Origin: an uncultured Bacteroidaceae bacterium
GTDB lineage: Bacteria; Bacteroidota; Bacteroidia; Bacteroidales; DTU049
NCBI GenBank assembly: GCA_964559205.1
Contig: CAZLHV010000001.1
Location: 1 to 47,477, forward strand
Direction: 5' to 3'
DNA length: 47,477 nucleotides
Shown: positions 1-9,139 of the stretch, one piece after another
Layout: each line of letters opens with the position of its first letter
How positions within the stretch are numbered: position 1 is the first letter of the stretch
The notes under the pieces: generated by a model
Told to the model about the DNA's origin: nothing
What the model saw: only the letters and a program-made list of their open reading frames with translations
The model's database searches: none
Translations under genes and position numbers: made by a program

Positions 1-1
1 T

Positions 2-2038
2 TTATTTATCATTGCTGTAACGATTTTTATACTCTAAAAGTGCCCGATCAAGCCAAGCAATATATTCATCAATATCTAAATCAAAAACTCGAGGTTCAGC
101 CATGAGAACTTCATTGTGATCGACGATGAAATAATATGGCTGGCCGTTCGATTTATATTTTTCCTTCTGAATATCAGAATTTTTTTCTCCAAGCATTGTA
201 CGCTTTTTACCACTCTGATTTGTATACCATTCGCTTTCAGGCAGTTCAACAACCTTATCATCGACATATAAGGCGACCATTACAAAGTTTTCCCTAAGCC
301 TTTTTAACACTTCAGGATCACTCCAAACCTGATTCTCCATTTGCCGGCAGTTTGTACAACCATGCCCTGTGAAATCAATAAAAAGTGGTTTGTTCTCTTT
401 TTCTGAAACCTTTAATGCCTGATCATAATCAAAGTATCCTTCCAGACCCAGCGGAAATTTTAATTCACCCCCAGAATATTTGGGCTCTTCTGAAAGGTAT
501 CCGGACTGTGAACCTGAATTTTCTCGAACAATTCTATTTACATCAAAATCTTGTGTCTCCATGGGTGGTATCCAACCAGATATAGCTTTTAACGGAGCAC
601 CCCATAAACCCGGAATTAAGTAAATAACGAAAGTGAACGTCGCAATTGCAAGCATTAATCTGCCGAACGATTTCTGAATTGGATAGTCACTATCGTGAGG
701 GAATTTAAGTTTGCCAAGAAGATAGAATCCCATCATTGTAAAAATAACAATCCAAAGAGACAAGTATACTTCGCGGTCAAGAATTCCCCAGTGGTAAGTT
801 TGATCCGGCACATTAAGGAATTTTAGTGCAAATGCAAGTTCAATAAAGCCCAATACAACTTTCACTGCATTTAACCAACCGCCTGATTTTGGAAGTTTAT
901 CAAGCCAACGTGGGAAAAATGCAAATAATGTAAATGGAATTGCAAACGCCAGAGAAAAGCCAAGCATGCCAATAATTGGTTTCATAATCTGGCCTCCAAC
1001 AGCCTGAATCGCTACAGTGCCTACAATTGGACCAGTACATGAAAAAGACACCAAGACAAGAGTCAAAGCCATGAAAATCGTTCCCATTGTCCCCCCCTTG
1101 TCTTCATTCTGAACACTTTTGTTTACGAGCCAACTTGGCATTTTTATTTCAAAGTATCCAAAGAAAGATGCAGCGAAGATGACAAAAATTAGAAAGAACA
1201 GCACATTCGGAATCCAGTGCGTGCTTAGCCAGTTCCCAAATTCTTCACCAAAAATGATGGCAAGTAAGACGCCGAAAATAACGTATATTGCAATAATTGA
1301 AATGCCATAAATCATGGCTTGAGTTTTACCCTTTTTGCCACTTTTCATAAAATACGAGACCGTCATTGGAATCATTGGGAATACACATGGCGTTAAAATA
1401 GCTAACAAACCCCACCCAAAAGCCTGTATGAAAAACCACCACAAGCTTTTATTTTCACCGGTAAATTCATCGTTATTGAATTTTTGTGGCTCATCTGTTT
1501 TTTCAACTTTAGAAGCAGTTTCTGGGGTGTCCACCTCGATCACTGCCATAGTATCAGCAGGTTTTTCCTTGTTGTATTGACTCCCGTCAATCTGAAAGGT
1601 CATGGTTTCTGACACCTGTACGCATGTGCCTTCATTACAAGATTGACCTTCCATTTCTACCGTGATGGTAAAAGGTTTATCCCCAATGATTTTTATTCGC
1701 TGCGTAAATGTTGCAGTTCCTTCAAAGAACTTTTCATTTACACGAAAAACCTCTTCATATACCTCTTTTGGCTTCGGATATTCATACACAGGTCCAACCT
1801 TCTGATAGAAACGCGATGGCTCAAAGGTGAAAACTGTGGGCAGTCCTCCACCGGAAGGCGTATGCTGGGAAAACAAATGCCAGGTTTTATCAATGACTGC
1901 TGTCATGACCAAATTGGCTTCGCTGTCCGACACTTTATCGACGCGGGTGGTCCATTTCACTGGATTGATGAGCTGGGCCTGCAGCTGAACAACCACAAAT
2001 AGTGCAAAAATTGAGATGAGGATGCGGCGGAGATTCAT
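2..2038 (-). CDS. dsbD: Protein-disulfide reductase, DsbD family (N-terminal periplasmic domain, CcdA-type membrane core, C-terminal thioredoxin)
   Basis: 678-aa ORF with a signal peptide. The membrane core has paired Cys motifs (LTPCVFPMIP and SFSCTGPIVG). The C-terminal thioredoxin fold has a CxxC motif (GHGCTNCRQME). The stop codon lies at 2-4, so the gene is complete. Confidence 0.85.
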   Translation of the reverse strand: MNLRRILISIFALFVVVQLQAQLINPVKWTTRVDKVSDSEANLVMTAVIDKTWHLFSQHTPSGGGLPTVFTFEPSRFYQKVGPVYEYPKPKEVYEEVFRVNEKFFEGTATFTQRIKIIGDKPFTITVEMEGQSCNEGTCVQVSETMTFQIDGSQYNKEKPADTMAVIEVDTPETASKVEKTDEPQKFNNDEFTGENKSLWWFFIQAFGWGLLAILTPCVFPMIPMTVSYFMKSGKKGKTQAMIYGISIIAIYVIFGVLLAIIFGEEFGNWLSTHWIPNVLFFLIFVIFAASFFGYFEIKMPSWLVNKSVQNEDKGGTMGTIFMALTLVLVSFSCTGPIVGTVAIQAVGGQIMKPIIGMLGFSLAFAIPFTLFAFFPRWLDKLPKSGGWLNAVKVVLGFIELAFALKFLNVPDQTYHWGILDREVYLSLWIVIFTMMGFYLLGKLKFPHDSDYPIQKSFGRLMLAIATFTFVIYLIPGLWGAPLKAISGWIPPMETQDFDVNRIVRENSGSQSGYLSEEPKYSGGELKFPLGLEGYFDYDQALKVSEKENKPLFIDFTGHGCTNCRQMENQVWSDPEVLKRLRENFVMVALYVDDKVVELPESEWYTNQSGKKRTMLGEKNSDIQKEKYKSNGQPYYFIVDHNEVLMAEPRVFDLDIDEYIAWLDRALLEYKNRYSNDK

Positions 2039-2083
2039 ATATAGTTTTGTTTATATGTTTTCTACTGCAAAAATATGAAATGT

Positions 2084-3412
2084 TCATGTCATTTCCAGCA
2101 CAAGTGCTTCAGCCGGGAATGACTTCAGAGCAAATCGCTGGTCGATCCGATGTCCGACCAACCAGCAAATGCGGTCGTTGCTGATCACAACAAATGATCT
2201 ATTTCGTTCATAAACAGGTATTTTCAAGTCAGTGAGAAAGTCGCCGATTTTTTTGAAGTTTGTCATTCCGTAAGGAATAAAGCGATCGCCTGGTTGCCAT
2301 TTTCTGACCAAAAGCGGAAAATTTATTTCAGCTGCGCTCAGAAAAGCAAATGAATGAGATGATAATATTTGGGTTTTGTCGTGAACAGTTAGATTTGCAA
2401 CCTTAAGACTGAATGGCAGATGGCTGGAGTCAAGGTCATCCTCGATGTAGTATTGAAGTGTATTTTCGTCGGATGAATCATGAGGTGAAGCGATGAGTCT
2501 TCCACGGTGAGCACTGAGTTTCAAAGATACAGAGTGAAATGAATGAGGGAGATGATGGTCATTCAGTCTGAGAATTGTTTCGATGACTTCAGGGCTGAAG
2601 CCATGAGGAATGAGAAGGTGTTTGAGGAGGACTGAGGAAAACTCATGTTGTTGCAGCCTGATTAAATCGATGCCGTCTGTAAACAGATTGCCGAAGGCTT
2701 CTGCTTCTCTTTCGGCCATAGCCCTGATGAATGGAATGTGTTCTCGAAGATGAGCTGCAGAAATGGCTGCGCGTTTCGAAAACCCGGGAATTTTTTGCTC
2801 GATCACGGGGATGATATCATGACGGATCAGGTTTCTGAGGTATTCGGTTTTTTGATTAGAGCTATCCTCGATAAATGAAATATGATGATGATTTGCAAAT
2901 TGTTCAATTTGCTGGCGTGAGTAGGGGAGGAGCGGGCGAACTATCACCCCTTCTTTTTCCCTGATCCCGCCCAGCGCATCAGGGCTTCCTTTTCGGTTGA
3001 GCGCAAGGATGATGGTTTCTGTCACATCGTCGGAATGATGGGCCGTGCAGATATAATCAAAACCGTGCAAGCCGGCCGCTTCCCTGAAAAAATTGTAGCG
3101 CTGCTGCCGTGCGGTATCCTGAATGTTTCGACCAAGAATCTGAGCCTGATGGAATGTATCGAAAGCAGCTTCATAAAAGTCAACATTCAGTTTTAATGCA
3201 GCCTGGTGAACAAAATCCCGATCACGGAGGCTTTCTCCTCCACGCAGGTTGAAGTTGCAATGTGCAATCCCTGCCGTTAAGCCTTCATTCAGGAATAAGT
3301 GAAGCATAACCATGCTGTCGATTCCCCCCGAAACCGCAAGCAGAAATTTTGCATCTGATGCATCGGGACAAAGCTTTTGGAGGTGATGACGAAAGTCGGC
3401 AAGTTCACTCAT
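2084..3412 (-). CDS. tilS: tRNA(Ile)-lysidine synthetase
   Basis: PP-loop motif SGGIDS near the N-terminus and typical TilS length. The ORF-track start at 3487 is an upstream extension. The ATG at 3412 (MSELADF) overlaps the stop of the upstream gene (ATGAGTGA). Confidence 0.88.
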   Translation of the reverse strand: MSELADFRHHLQKLCPDASDAKFLLAVSGGIDSMVMLHLFLNEGLTAGIAHCNFNLRGGESLRDRDFVHQAALKLNVDFYEAAFDTFHQAQILGRNIQDTARQQRYNFFREAAGLHGFDYICTAHHSDDVTETIILALNRKGSPDALGGIREKEGVIVRPLLPYSRQQIEQFANHHHISFIEDSSNQKTEYLRNLIRHDIIPVIEQKIPGFSKRAAISAAHLREHIPFIRAMAEREAEAFGNLFTDGIDLIRLQQHEFSSVLLKHLLIPHGFSPEVIETILRLNDHHLPHSFHSVSLKLSAHRGRLIASPHDSSDENTLQYYIEDDLDSSHLPFSLKVANLTVHDKTQILSSHSFAFLSAAEINFPLLVRKWQPGDRFIPYGMTNFKKIGDFLTDLKIPVYERNRSFVVISNDRICWLVGHRIDQRFALKSFPAEALVLEMT

Positions 3413-6368
3413 AGCGTATGAAATTGGTAGATATCGATGCCAACCTGACTGAGGTGAGAAAGTGCCTGAGGTTTTCTGCCCTGACATGCATGATCAGGCC
3501 ATCCTCTGCATTGAAGATATAAAGTTGAATATCTTTTCTTTCAGGCGATGAACGAATCATTTCTGTGAGGTTTTCATGGAAAAATACCGCTTCGCCTGCC
3601 GATGGGATCAAGCCGGCAAAGATATGCTGCAAAATGATATTGTTTCTGACAATGCTAAAACAACCAGGTTTATTTCTGACAATGTTTATTTCTGCAGATT
3701 TGACATACACTTCTTCCACCAGATGAGTCATGACAAGCTGATCGGGCAAGGATAACAAATGGCTGGTCCAGTCGCTGGAGTGTGATATTGACAATGCTGA
3801 TGCAATGTTCTGAACAAGAACCTGTGAAACAAAAAGTGGGTCCTGACCTCCGGTTTTCGAATGTGTTGAGGAAATTCCATTCCATTGAATCACCGGGTGC
3901 TGGGGTTTTTCCAACATTCCTTTTAGGGATTCGGCTGAAGTACGGTGCTTGCGCAACAAACCCAGCAATGCTGCTTCCTCGTTGCTGATTACTCCTGAAG
4001 CGAAACCGAGATTGCGGATCATCCATTCTGCAGGCTGCTGCCCGTTGTGAAAGAGCGGATGCAGATCGGAAACGGATATATTTGCCGGAACAACCGCATC
4101 AAGTTTCTGGTTGAAAACCCAGGGTTTTTGCTGAAGTTTCGACAACCATGTAGGCGTGAATGAAATGTCTGCCGAGCGGATATAAGATTCAAAGCGTGCA
4201 AAAGCAGAAGCTTGTTCTTGGGGCAGCAGGCAAAGCATGTTCCACAATGCAGCAGAAGATTGGAGTTCCGGTGCTTTTAAAAAGCTCTCGAGCCCATCGA
4301 GTGTTACATCACAAAAAGTCTCTTTCACAATTGGATGAATATCGGCTTGAATACGCAGATTCGCCTTTTGCTCTTCGCTAAATTCTATCGGGTGTTCAAT
4401 AATGCGAGGGCATTGATGAAGCCCAATCTCAAGAAGAAAACGCAGGGTTGCTTCGCCAGATATACCATGCTTTATGAATGAGCTGATCAATGACGAACGG
4501 ATCAGTAATGCCGGAATATTACGAAAAAAAGCGAGCACCGATGCAGTTTGGATGTACGAGTTCCCAGGTTTGGAAAACAATTTTTCGCCACTTATAGATT
4601 GGGTAACTGGAACAACCTGCATGTCTGCAAGCCTGTGCCGGATTCTGATTTTAAGGTCAGAATCGCTGCTGTTGTATAATTCGAACATATTGAGCCACCA
4701 GTGGTTGGCTTTGTCGGGGTTGAATTTTGCCAGCAATTGTTCCACCATGGGCAGAGCTGGCTGAACTGACGGGATTCCGATGGTTCGCAGAAAATCGAAG
4801 CTTTCACTGTTGTTGATCAGATCGGGATGTACCACCGGAACACCTTTGGCGGGTTTGCCTATGAAAATACAAGCCTGACCATGGTGGTTGAATGGGGCAT
4901 GAAGTATTTTTTTTGAATCAGGAATGCAAGGTTTAAATCGCAAATTGTAATATCTTTCCGAGTGTTTTACATCCCAGTAGCGTGGATACGATGACAGGAG
5001 GCTGAAGAATTGAATGAACCAGCCTGTTTTTTTTGCGGCTAATGCGCCGGGGGTCGATGCCCAATGGAAACAAAAGGTGTCGAGGTCAATCAACTTGAGT
5101 TTGTGTTTGTTGCGCAGGTGGGCAACAAACTCCGGAATCTGGTCATAGTGGTCAGAAATGAAACCGGCGCGGTGAAACACCGATTTCAGCTCTCGTTTGC
5201 TCAGAAGGTTTAGCAGCCTGAAGTCTTCAGCAATTCCAAGTGAACCGATCTGGCATCGTTTCCCGTCAGCATCCATGATTACTTTTTCGTTGGCGATGAA
5301 CTCGCTAAGACATTGCATGATGGTTTCAGAAATCGGATCGCTTGACCCGGCTGTCCAATTGAATAAATTGAAGAAAGATGGATTGATGATGTCCGATCGC
5401 AGCAGGGCATGCAGCATGCCACGGAGCTGGGTTGCCAGATGCTCCAGTAACACAAAATTTTCAGGCGTCAAATCCTGTTGAAAGGGGATGTTTTCGCGGT
5501 TCGGAGTAGTGGTGAATCTGCCATGAACGAAAACAGAATGGGGGATAGTCATCTTGGTTGGGAAATACACAGAGACTGGAGCAGACTGACGCGGTGAAAA
5601 ATCGCCATTGTTGCTTATCGGAAGAGCAATACAAATACGATCCTTTGAGGGATGCCGGTGTATCAGAAAGGTGTCGGTGATCGTTTTGTCTTGATCGAAA
5701 GCCGAAAGTTGGATTCTTCGGAACAATCCATGGTTTTCGCTTGATGCTGCAAGAGTCAGAGAGCGGACTCCGTCGGTGATGTCGATTTGCTGAATCTGGC
5801 TGAGAAAAAGCAGAACGGATGCATTGAGAGAAAAGAGGCGGTTGCTGAGGCTGGTGCGCAACTCTTCGGTGGCACGAATACCCCAAGGCATGCGGATGAG
5901 GGTGCTAAACTCTTTCAGTTGAACGGGACTGACCTTGTGCAATACCTCGTAATCGTGAATACTGTAATGTTTGTCCCCACTATGAATTTCAGGTTGATCG
6001 CAGAAACCAAAAACAGAGCGAAATCCGATGCCGAATTTTCCGATTTTATTGATTCCCGGCTGTCCCGTTTTAGTGGTTGATGCAAAAGTGGTGATGGCCA
6101 TGAGGTCTTCGTCGCTGAAGGGGTCACCATTGTGAAAAAAATCGATGCCGTTTTCCGAAATTTCGATACGAACCATACCGGGTTCACCGGTTTGGGTTTG
6201 GCTCCGTGCAAAAGCGTCTTCGGCATTTTGAAGCAGCTCTTCCACAAAATGAAATGGTTCGGAATATAACATCGACAAAATATGACCGTGACGATTGCCT
6301 TTTATTTTGTTGGCAGCCGCAGCAATTTTACTTTGGGCAATATGTTCATCGAGAGTGAGCCGTTTCAT
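3405..6368 (-). CDS. Sacsin/Hsp90-like GHKL ATPase domain protein, function unknown
   Basis: 987-aa ORF. The N-terminus carries a Bergerat-fold motif set: EELLQNAEDA (N box), HNGDPF (DxGxG-like) and KIGKFGIGFRSVF (G2 box, as in sacsin repeat regions). I recognise no motif in the remaining roughly 750 aa. Confidence 0.65.
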   Translation of the reverse strand: MKRLTLDEHIAQSKIAAAANKIKGNRHGHILSMLYSEPFHFVEELLQNAEDAFARSQTQTGEPGMVRIEISENGIDFFHNGDPFSDEDLMAITTFASTTKTGQPGINKIGKFGIGFRSVFGFCDQPEIHSGDKHYSIHDYEVLHKVSPVQLKEFSTLIRMPWGIRATEELRTSLSNRLFSLNASVLLFLSQIQQIDITDGVRSLTLAASSENHGLFRRIQLSAFDQDKTITDTFLIHRHPSKDRICIALPISNNGDFSPRQSAPVSVYFPTKMTIPHSVFVHGRFTTTPNRENIPFQQDLTPENFVLLEHLATQLRGMLHALLRSDIINPSFFNLFNWTAGSSDPISETIMQCLSEFIANEKVIMDADGKRCQIGSLGIAEDFRLLNLLSKRELKSVFHRAGFISDHYDQIPEFVAHLRNKHKLKLIDLDTFCFHWASTPGALAAKKTGWFIQFFSLLSSYPRYWDVKHSERYYNLRFKPCIPDSKKILHAPFNHHGQACIFIGKPAKGVPVVHPDLINNSESFDFLRTIGIPSVQPALPMVEQLLAKFNPDKANHWWLNMFELYNSSDSDLKIRIRHRLADMQVVPVTQSISGEKLFSKPGNSYIQTASVLAFFRNIPALLIRSSLISSFIKHGISGEATLRFLLEIGLHQCPRIIEHPIEFSEEQKANLRIQADIHPIVKETFCDVTLDGLESFLKAPELQSSAALWNMLCLLPQEQASAFARFESYIRSADISFTPTWLSKLQQKPWVFNQKLDAVVPANISVSDLHPLFHNGQQPAEWMIRNLGFASGVISNEEAALLGLLRKHRTSAESLKGMLEKPQHPVIQWNGISSTHSKTGGQDPLFVSQVLVQNIASALSISHSSDWTSHLLSLPDQLVMTHLVEEVYVKSAEINIVRNKPGCFSIVRNNIILQHIFAGLIPSAGEAVFFHENLTEMIRSSPERKDIQLYIFNAEDGLIMHVRAENLRHFLTSVRLASISTNFIRYE

Positions 6369-6378
6369 GACCTATGAG

Positions 6379-6386
6379 CAAATGTA
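6379..6386 (-). promoter_or_regulatory. Candidate Bacteroidota -7 promoter box (TACATTTG, matches TAnnTTTG)
   Basis: Exact TAnnTTTG match on the minus strand, 11 nt upstream of the ATG at 6368 and just downstream of the exbD terminator. Confidence 0.4.
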
Positions 6387-6406
6387 ACGGTTTTTATGAA
6401 TTCAAG

Positions 6407-6433
6407 AAAAAAAGGCTGCACGAAGCAGCCTTT
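6407..6433 (-). terminator. Rho-independent terminator after the exbBD cluster
   Basis: Minus strand reads GGCTGC-TTCGT-GCAGCC followed by a run of 7 T. It lies 24 nt downstream of the exbD stop. Confidence 0.7.
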
Positions 6434-6456
6434 CAATGATACAGTAAAAGCAATAC

Positions 6457-6924
6457 CTATTCAGTTACTTTGCCTTTTTTTGTAGAGTAGTTGATTTTAA
6501 AGGCACCCACTTTCCGCAGTTCCTGCTTTACGTCGGTAACAATTCCCATTTTAACTTTTTTGTCCACTTTCATGGATGTGGTCAGGAATTGGCGATCGGC
6601 TTCACTTCGGGCTGCGCGTTCCTTTTCAATAAACTGAGCAATGTCGTTTGACGAAGCAAACTGGTCGTTGAGCTGAATGCGCGCCTCGGAACCATAGGTG
6701 CCTTTATTTATTGGTTCACCAATGTAGACATAAGACACGAGGTTTTTACGCTCAAGTTTCTGTACTTCGGTAGCAGATGGAGCCGACACCCTGACAAAGA
6801 GAGTTGCCTCACGAATGGTGGTGATCACCATGAAGAAGAACAGAAACATGAAGATGATGTCGGACATAGAGCCGGTGTTGATGCCGGGGGTTTCCTTTTT
6901 CTCGTTTTTTCTGAAACGTGCCAT
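6457..6924 (-). CDS. exbD: Biopolymer transport protein ExbD/TolR
   Basis: 155 aa with a single N-terminal TM (DIIFMFLFFFMVITT) after a charged N-terminus and a periplasmic domain. It sits in a cluster with ExbB. Confidence 0.8.
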   Translation of the reverse strand: MARFRKNEKKETPGINTGSMSDIIFMFLFFFMVITTIREATLFVRVSAPSATEVQKLERKNLVSYVYIGEPINKGTYGSEARIQLNDQFASSNDIAQFIEKERAARSEADRQFLTTSMKVDKKVKMGIVTDVKQELRKVGAFKINYSTKKGKVTE

Positions 6925-7499
6925 TATTTGGTTCCTCCAATATCTTTTGGTTCTGCCTCAGAAACTGCAATAGGAATCGCTTTCGAAATAGCTTTGGACT
7001 GTTCTTCGCTTTTGAGGTCGGCGAATTTCACGCCAAAATGCTTCATCGACAAATCGTCGCGCATTTCGTTGATGGCAGCGGCTATTTCATTTTGCACCTT
7101 GATATACATCTCGTAGGAGGTGCCGCGGTCGTTTTGCAGAGAAATCACTCCCTTCGATTTTTCGTAAGGGCCAATCAGGGGAATGGTTTCGATTTTCTTC
7201 TCTGAGAGATTGGGATCGTTATTGGGATTAAGGAAAAAGTTTTTTGCATCCCTGCGCAGGGTGTTGATGTTGCCGGGTTTTCCTTCAACCAGCAACATAT
7301 CGTATGCGTTGACCAAAACCACAAAAACATTCCGTTCCTTAACATCAGGAATTGGAGCATTAGGGTCTGGCATTGGAGGCAACTTTCTGGCTAATCCCAA
7401 ATCGGTATCAATACTGGAGGTCAGCAGGAAGAATGTCAGCAATAAGAAGCTGATATCAGCCATTGAACCGGTATTGACTTCGGGTGGTTTCTTTGCCAT
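6924..7499 (-). CDS. exbD: Biopolymer transport protein ExbD/TolR (second paralog)
   Basis: 191 aa with N-terminus MAKKPPEVNTGSMADISFLLLTFFLL, typical of ExbD. It abuts the downstream exbD with a 1-nt overlap. Confidence 0.8.
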   Translation of the reverse strand: MAKKPPEVNTGSMADISFLLLTFFLLTSSIDTDLGLARKLPPMPDPNAPIPDVKERNVFVVLVNAYDMLLVEGKPGNINTLRRDAKNFFLNPNNDPNLSEKKIETIPLIGPYEKSKGVISLQNDRGTSYEMYIKVQNEIAAAINEMRDDLSMKHFGVKFADLKSEEQSKAISKAIPIAVSEAEPKDIGGTK

Positions 7500-7503
7500 A
7501 GTC

Positions 7504-7899
7504 CTAGTTTTTGATCAGGTTGCGGACGCCGAAGAACACAAGGATGAGGACAAAGATGCCAAGAAAAGCGTAGATGGCATAAAGTCCGGCACCAATGATT
7601 GCGCTCCAACCTTCGCCTGTATTGGTTTTCTCCCATAATTCGGGATTGACATCCTTCACAGGTGAAATGAAGTAGAACACAAGCAGCAGAGCGATTACGG
7701 CAGCGGCACCGAGAATGGATTGAAGGTTTTCTTTGAAGTTGATTGCCAGATTAAATGCGGAAAACAATATGGTGGTGATGATGCTGACGCCGAAGACAGC
7801 GTAAGCCACATAGAGTTTTGTATCCGCATCGGCAAAAATCAGAATTGCAGCGAGCAGCAGCAGCACTGCAATCAGGATGATGCTTTTGAGGGCTTTCAT
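7504..7899 (-). CDS. Small integral membrane protein, function unknown (between exbB and exbD)
   Basis: 131 aa with four predicted hydrophobic helices. It is tightly packed between exbB and exbD. Confidence 0.6.
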   Translation of the reverse strand: MKALKSIILIAVLLLLAAILIFADADTKLYVAYAVFGVSIITTILFSAFNLAINFKENLQSILGAAAVIALLLVFYFISPVKDVNPELWEKTNTGEGWSAIIGAGLYAIYAFLGIFVLILVFFGVRNLIKN

Positions 7900-7902
7900 G
7901 GG

Positions 7903-8733
7903 TTACTGTTTTTGAGTGCTTTTGCAGCGATAAACGATATCCATGAATGAAATGGTTGAATCTTCCATGTCATTCACGAGTTTTTCAACGATTGAAATAA
8001 TGAGGTTGTAGAGAACCTGAAGCAAGATGGCGACAATAAGACCGAAGACGGTTGTAATCAGAGCCACTTTCATACCACCGGCCACAACGGTCGGGCTGAT
8101 ATCACCTGCAGCTTCGATATCGTCAAACGCCTGAACCATACCGATTACTGTACCAAGGAATCCGAGCATAGGTGCAAGGGCAATGAAAAGACCAATCCAG
8201 CTCAGGTTGCTTTCGAGGCGGCCCATTTGCACACCACCGTAAGCTACCACTGCTTTTTCAACATTGTCCATTCCTTCATTAAAGCGATCGAGTCCTTGAT
8301 AAAAAACGCTTGCAATAGGTCCTCGGGTGTTGCGGCAAATTTCTTTTGCGCCTTGAACATCATTGCTTTGCAGTGATTCTTCGATTTTCTCAAGAAGTTT
8401 TTTAGTATTGGTTCTGCTGAGGTTGAGATAAAGAATACGTTCAATCACAAGTGCGAGACCAAGCACGAAAACGATCAGAATCGGAGTCATCCATTCTGCA
8501 CCCCCTTCGATAAACTTTTCCTTTAAAACCTGATGGAAAGTTTGCTCTTCGGCAGGTAATTCTTCGCCTGCAGGAACGGCAGCAGGATTTTCAGCTACTT
8601 GTTGCGAGTCGCCGCTAAGGGAGTCATTGGTTTCCGTTTTTGCAGGTTCTTTGTTGTCCTGTGCGAACGAGAATTGGGTTGCACCAAAAAAGAGTACTCC
8701 AGTGATGGCAACCAGTGAAATCAACTTTTTCAT
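7903..8733 (-). CDS. exbB: MotA/TolQ/ExbB proton-channel family protein
   Basis: Signal/TM segment, then a periplasmic acidic linker, then three TMs with the conserved ExbB C-terminal core (GLFIALAPMLGFLGTVIGMVQAF, GMKVALITTVFGL). The track start at 8862 runs through the tRNA-Ser gene. The ATG at 8733 (MKKLISLVAITG) is the credible start. Confidence 0.85.
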   Translation of the reverse strand: MKKLISLVAITGVLFFGATQFSFAQDNKEPAKTETNDSLSGDSQQVAENPAAVPAGEELPAEEQTFHQVLKEKFIEGGAEWMTPILIVFVLGLALVIERILYLNLSRTNTKKLLEKIEESLQSNDVQGAKEICRNTRGPIASVFYQGLDRFNEGMDNVEKAVVAYGGVQMGRLESNLSWIGLFIALAPMLGFLGTVIGMVQAFDDIEAAGDISPTVVAGGMKVALITTVFGLIVAILLQVLYNLIISIVEKLVNDMEDSTISFMDIVYRCKSTQKQ

Positions 8734-8788
8734 AATGGATTTGATTTTCGTGTGTTTTTGATTTGACAATTTCGTTTTTTTGGTTTTG

Positions 8789-8876
8789 CGGAGAGGGTGG
8801 GATTCGAACCCACGTACCGCTTTTGGCGATAACACACTTTCCAGGCGTGCCTCTTCAACCACTCGAGCACCTCTCC
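8789..8876 (-). tRNA. tRNA-Ser (anticodon GGA)
   Basis: Minus strand reads GGAGAGGTGCTCGAGTGGTTGAAGAGGCACGCCTGGAAAGTGTGTTATCGCCAAAAGCGGTACGTGGGTTCGAATCCCACCCTCTCCG. It has a 7-bp acceptor stem, anticodon loop CUGGAAA, a long class II variable arm and a GTTCGAATC T-loop. CCA is not encoded. Confidence 0.93.
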
Positions 8877-9139
8877 ATCGGAAACCGGCTGCTAAAATAC
8901 AAAAAATCTAACACCTCAAAGAACCCCAAAAAAATTTTAGACGACCGTTTACTGAATTGTATCGCACAATTTGCAGGTCGGTAACAGTTTGTGGGAAACT
9001 TTAAACATATTGCCTTTGAAAATCCACGATGTCCCGGTTCGGGAAAGCAGTCATTTCGCAGCAAAGGTGGCTGCCCTTCCCATGATTCAAATGGCATTTT
9101 TAAGCTTGAACCTCGGCCTTTGATCAGATACTCGTTGGG

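Noticed and set aside
3413-3487. Upstream extension of tilS (track start at 3487)
   Set aside because: It overlaps 80 nt of the preceding gene in another frame. The ATG at 3412 gives a typical TilS N-terminus and a classic stop/start overlap.
3405-3560. Possible HEPN-like Rx4-6H motif (RAENLRH) near the C-terminus of the GHKL protein, by analogy with the sacsin HEPN domain
   Set aside because: It is a single short match in a region that looks beta-rich rather than all-helical. That is too weak to call without profile or structure searches.
8734-8862. N-terminal extension of ExbB in the ORF track (start at 8862)
   Set aside because: The extension is the antisense translation of the tRNA-Ser gene (the GFESHP signature). 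The internal ATG at 8733 gives a normal signal/TM start.
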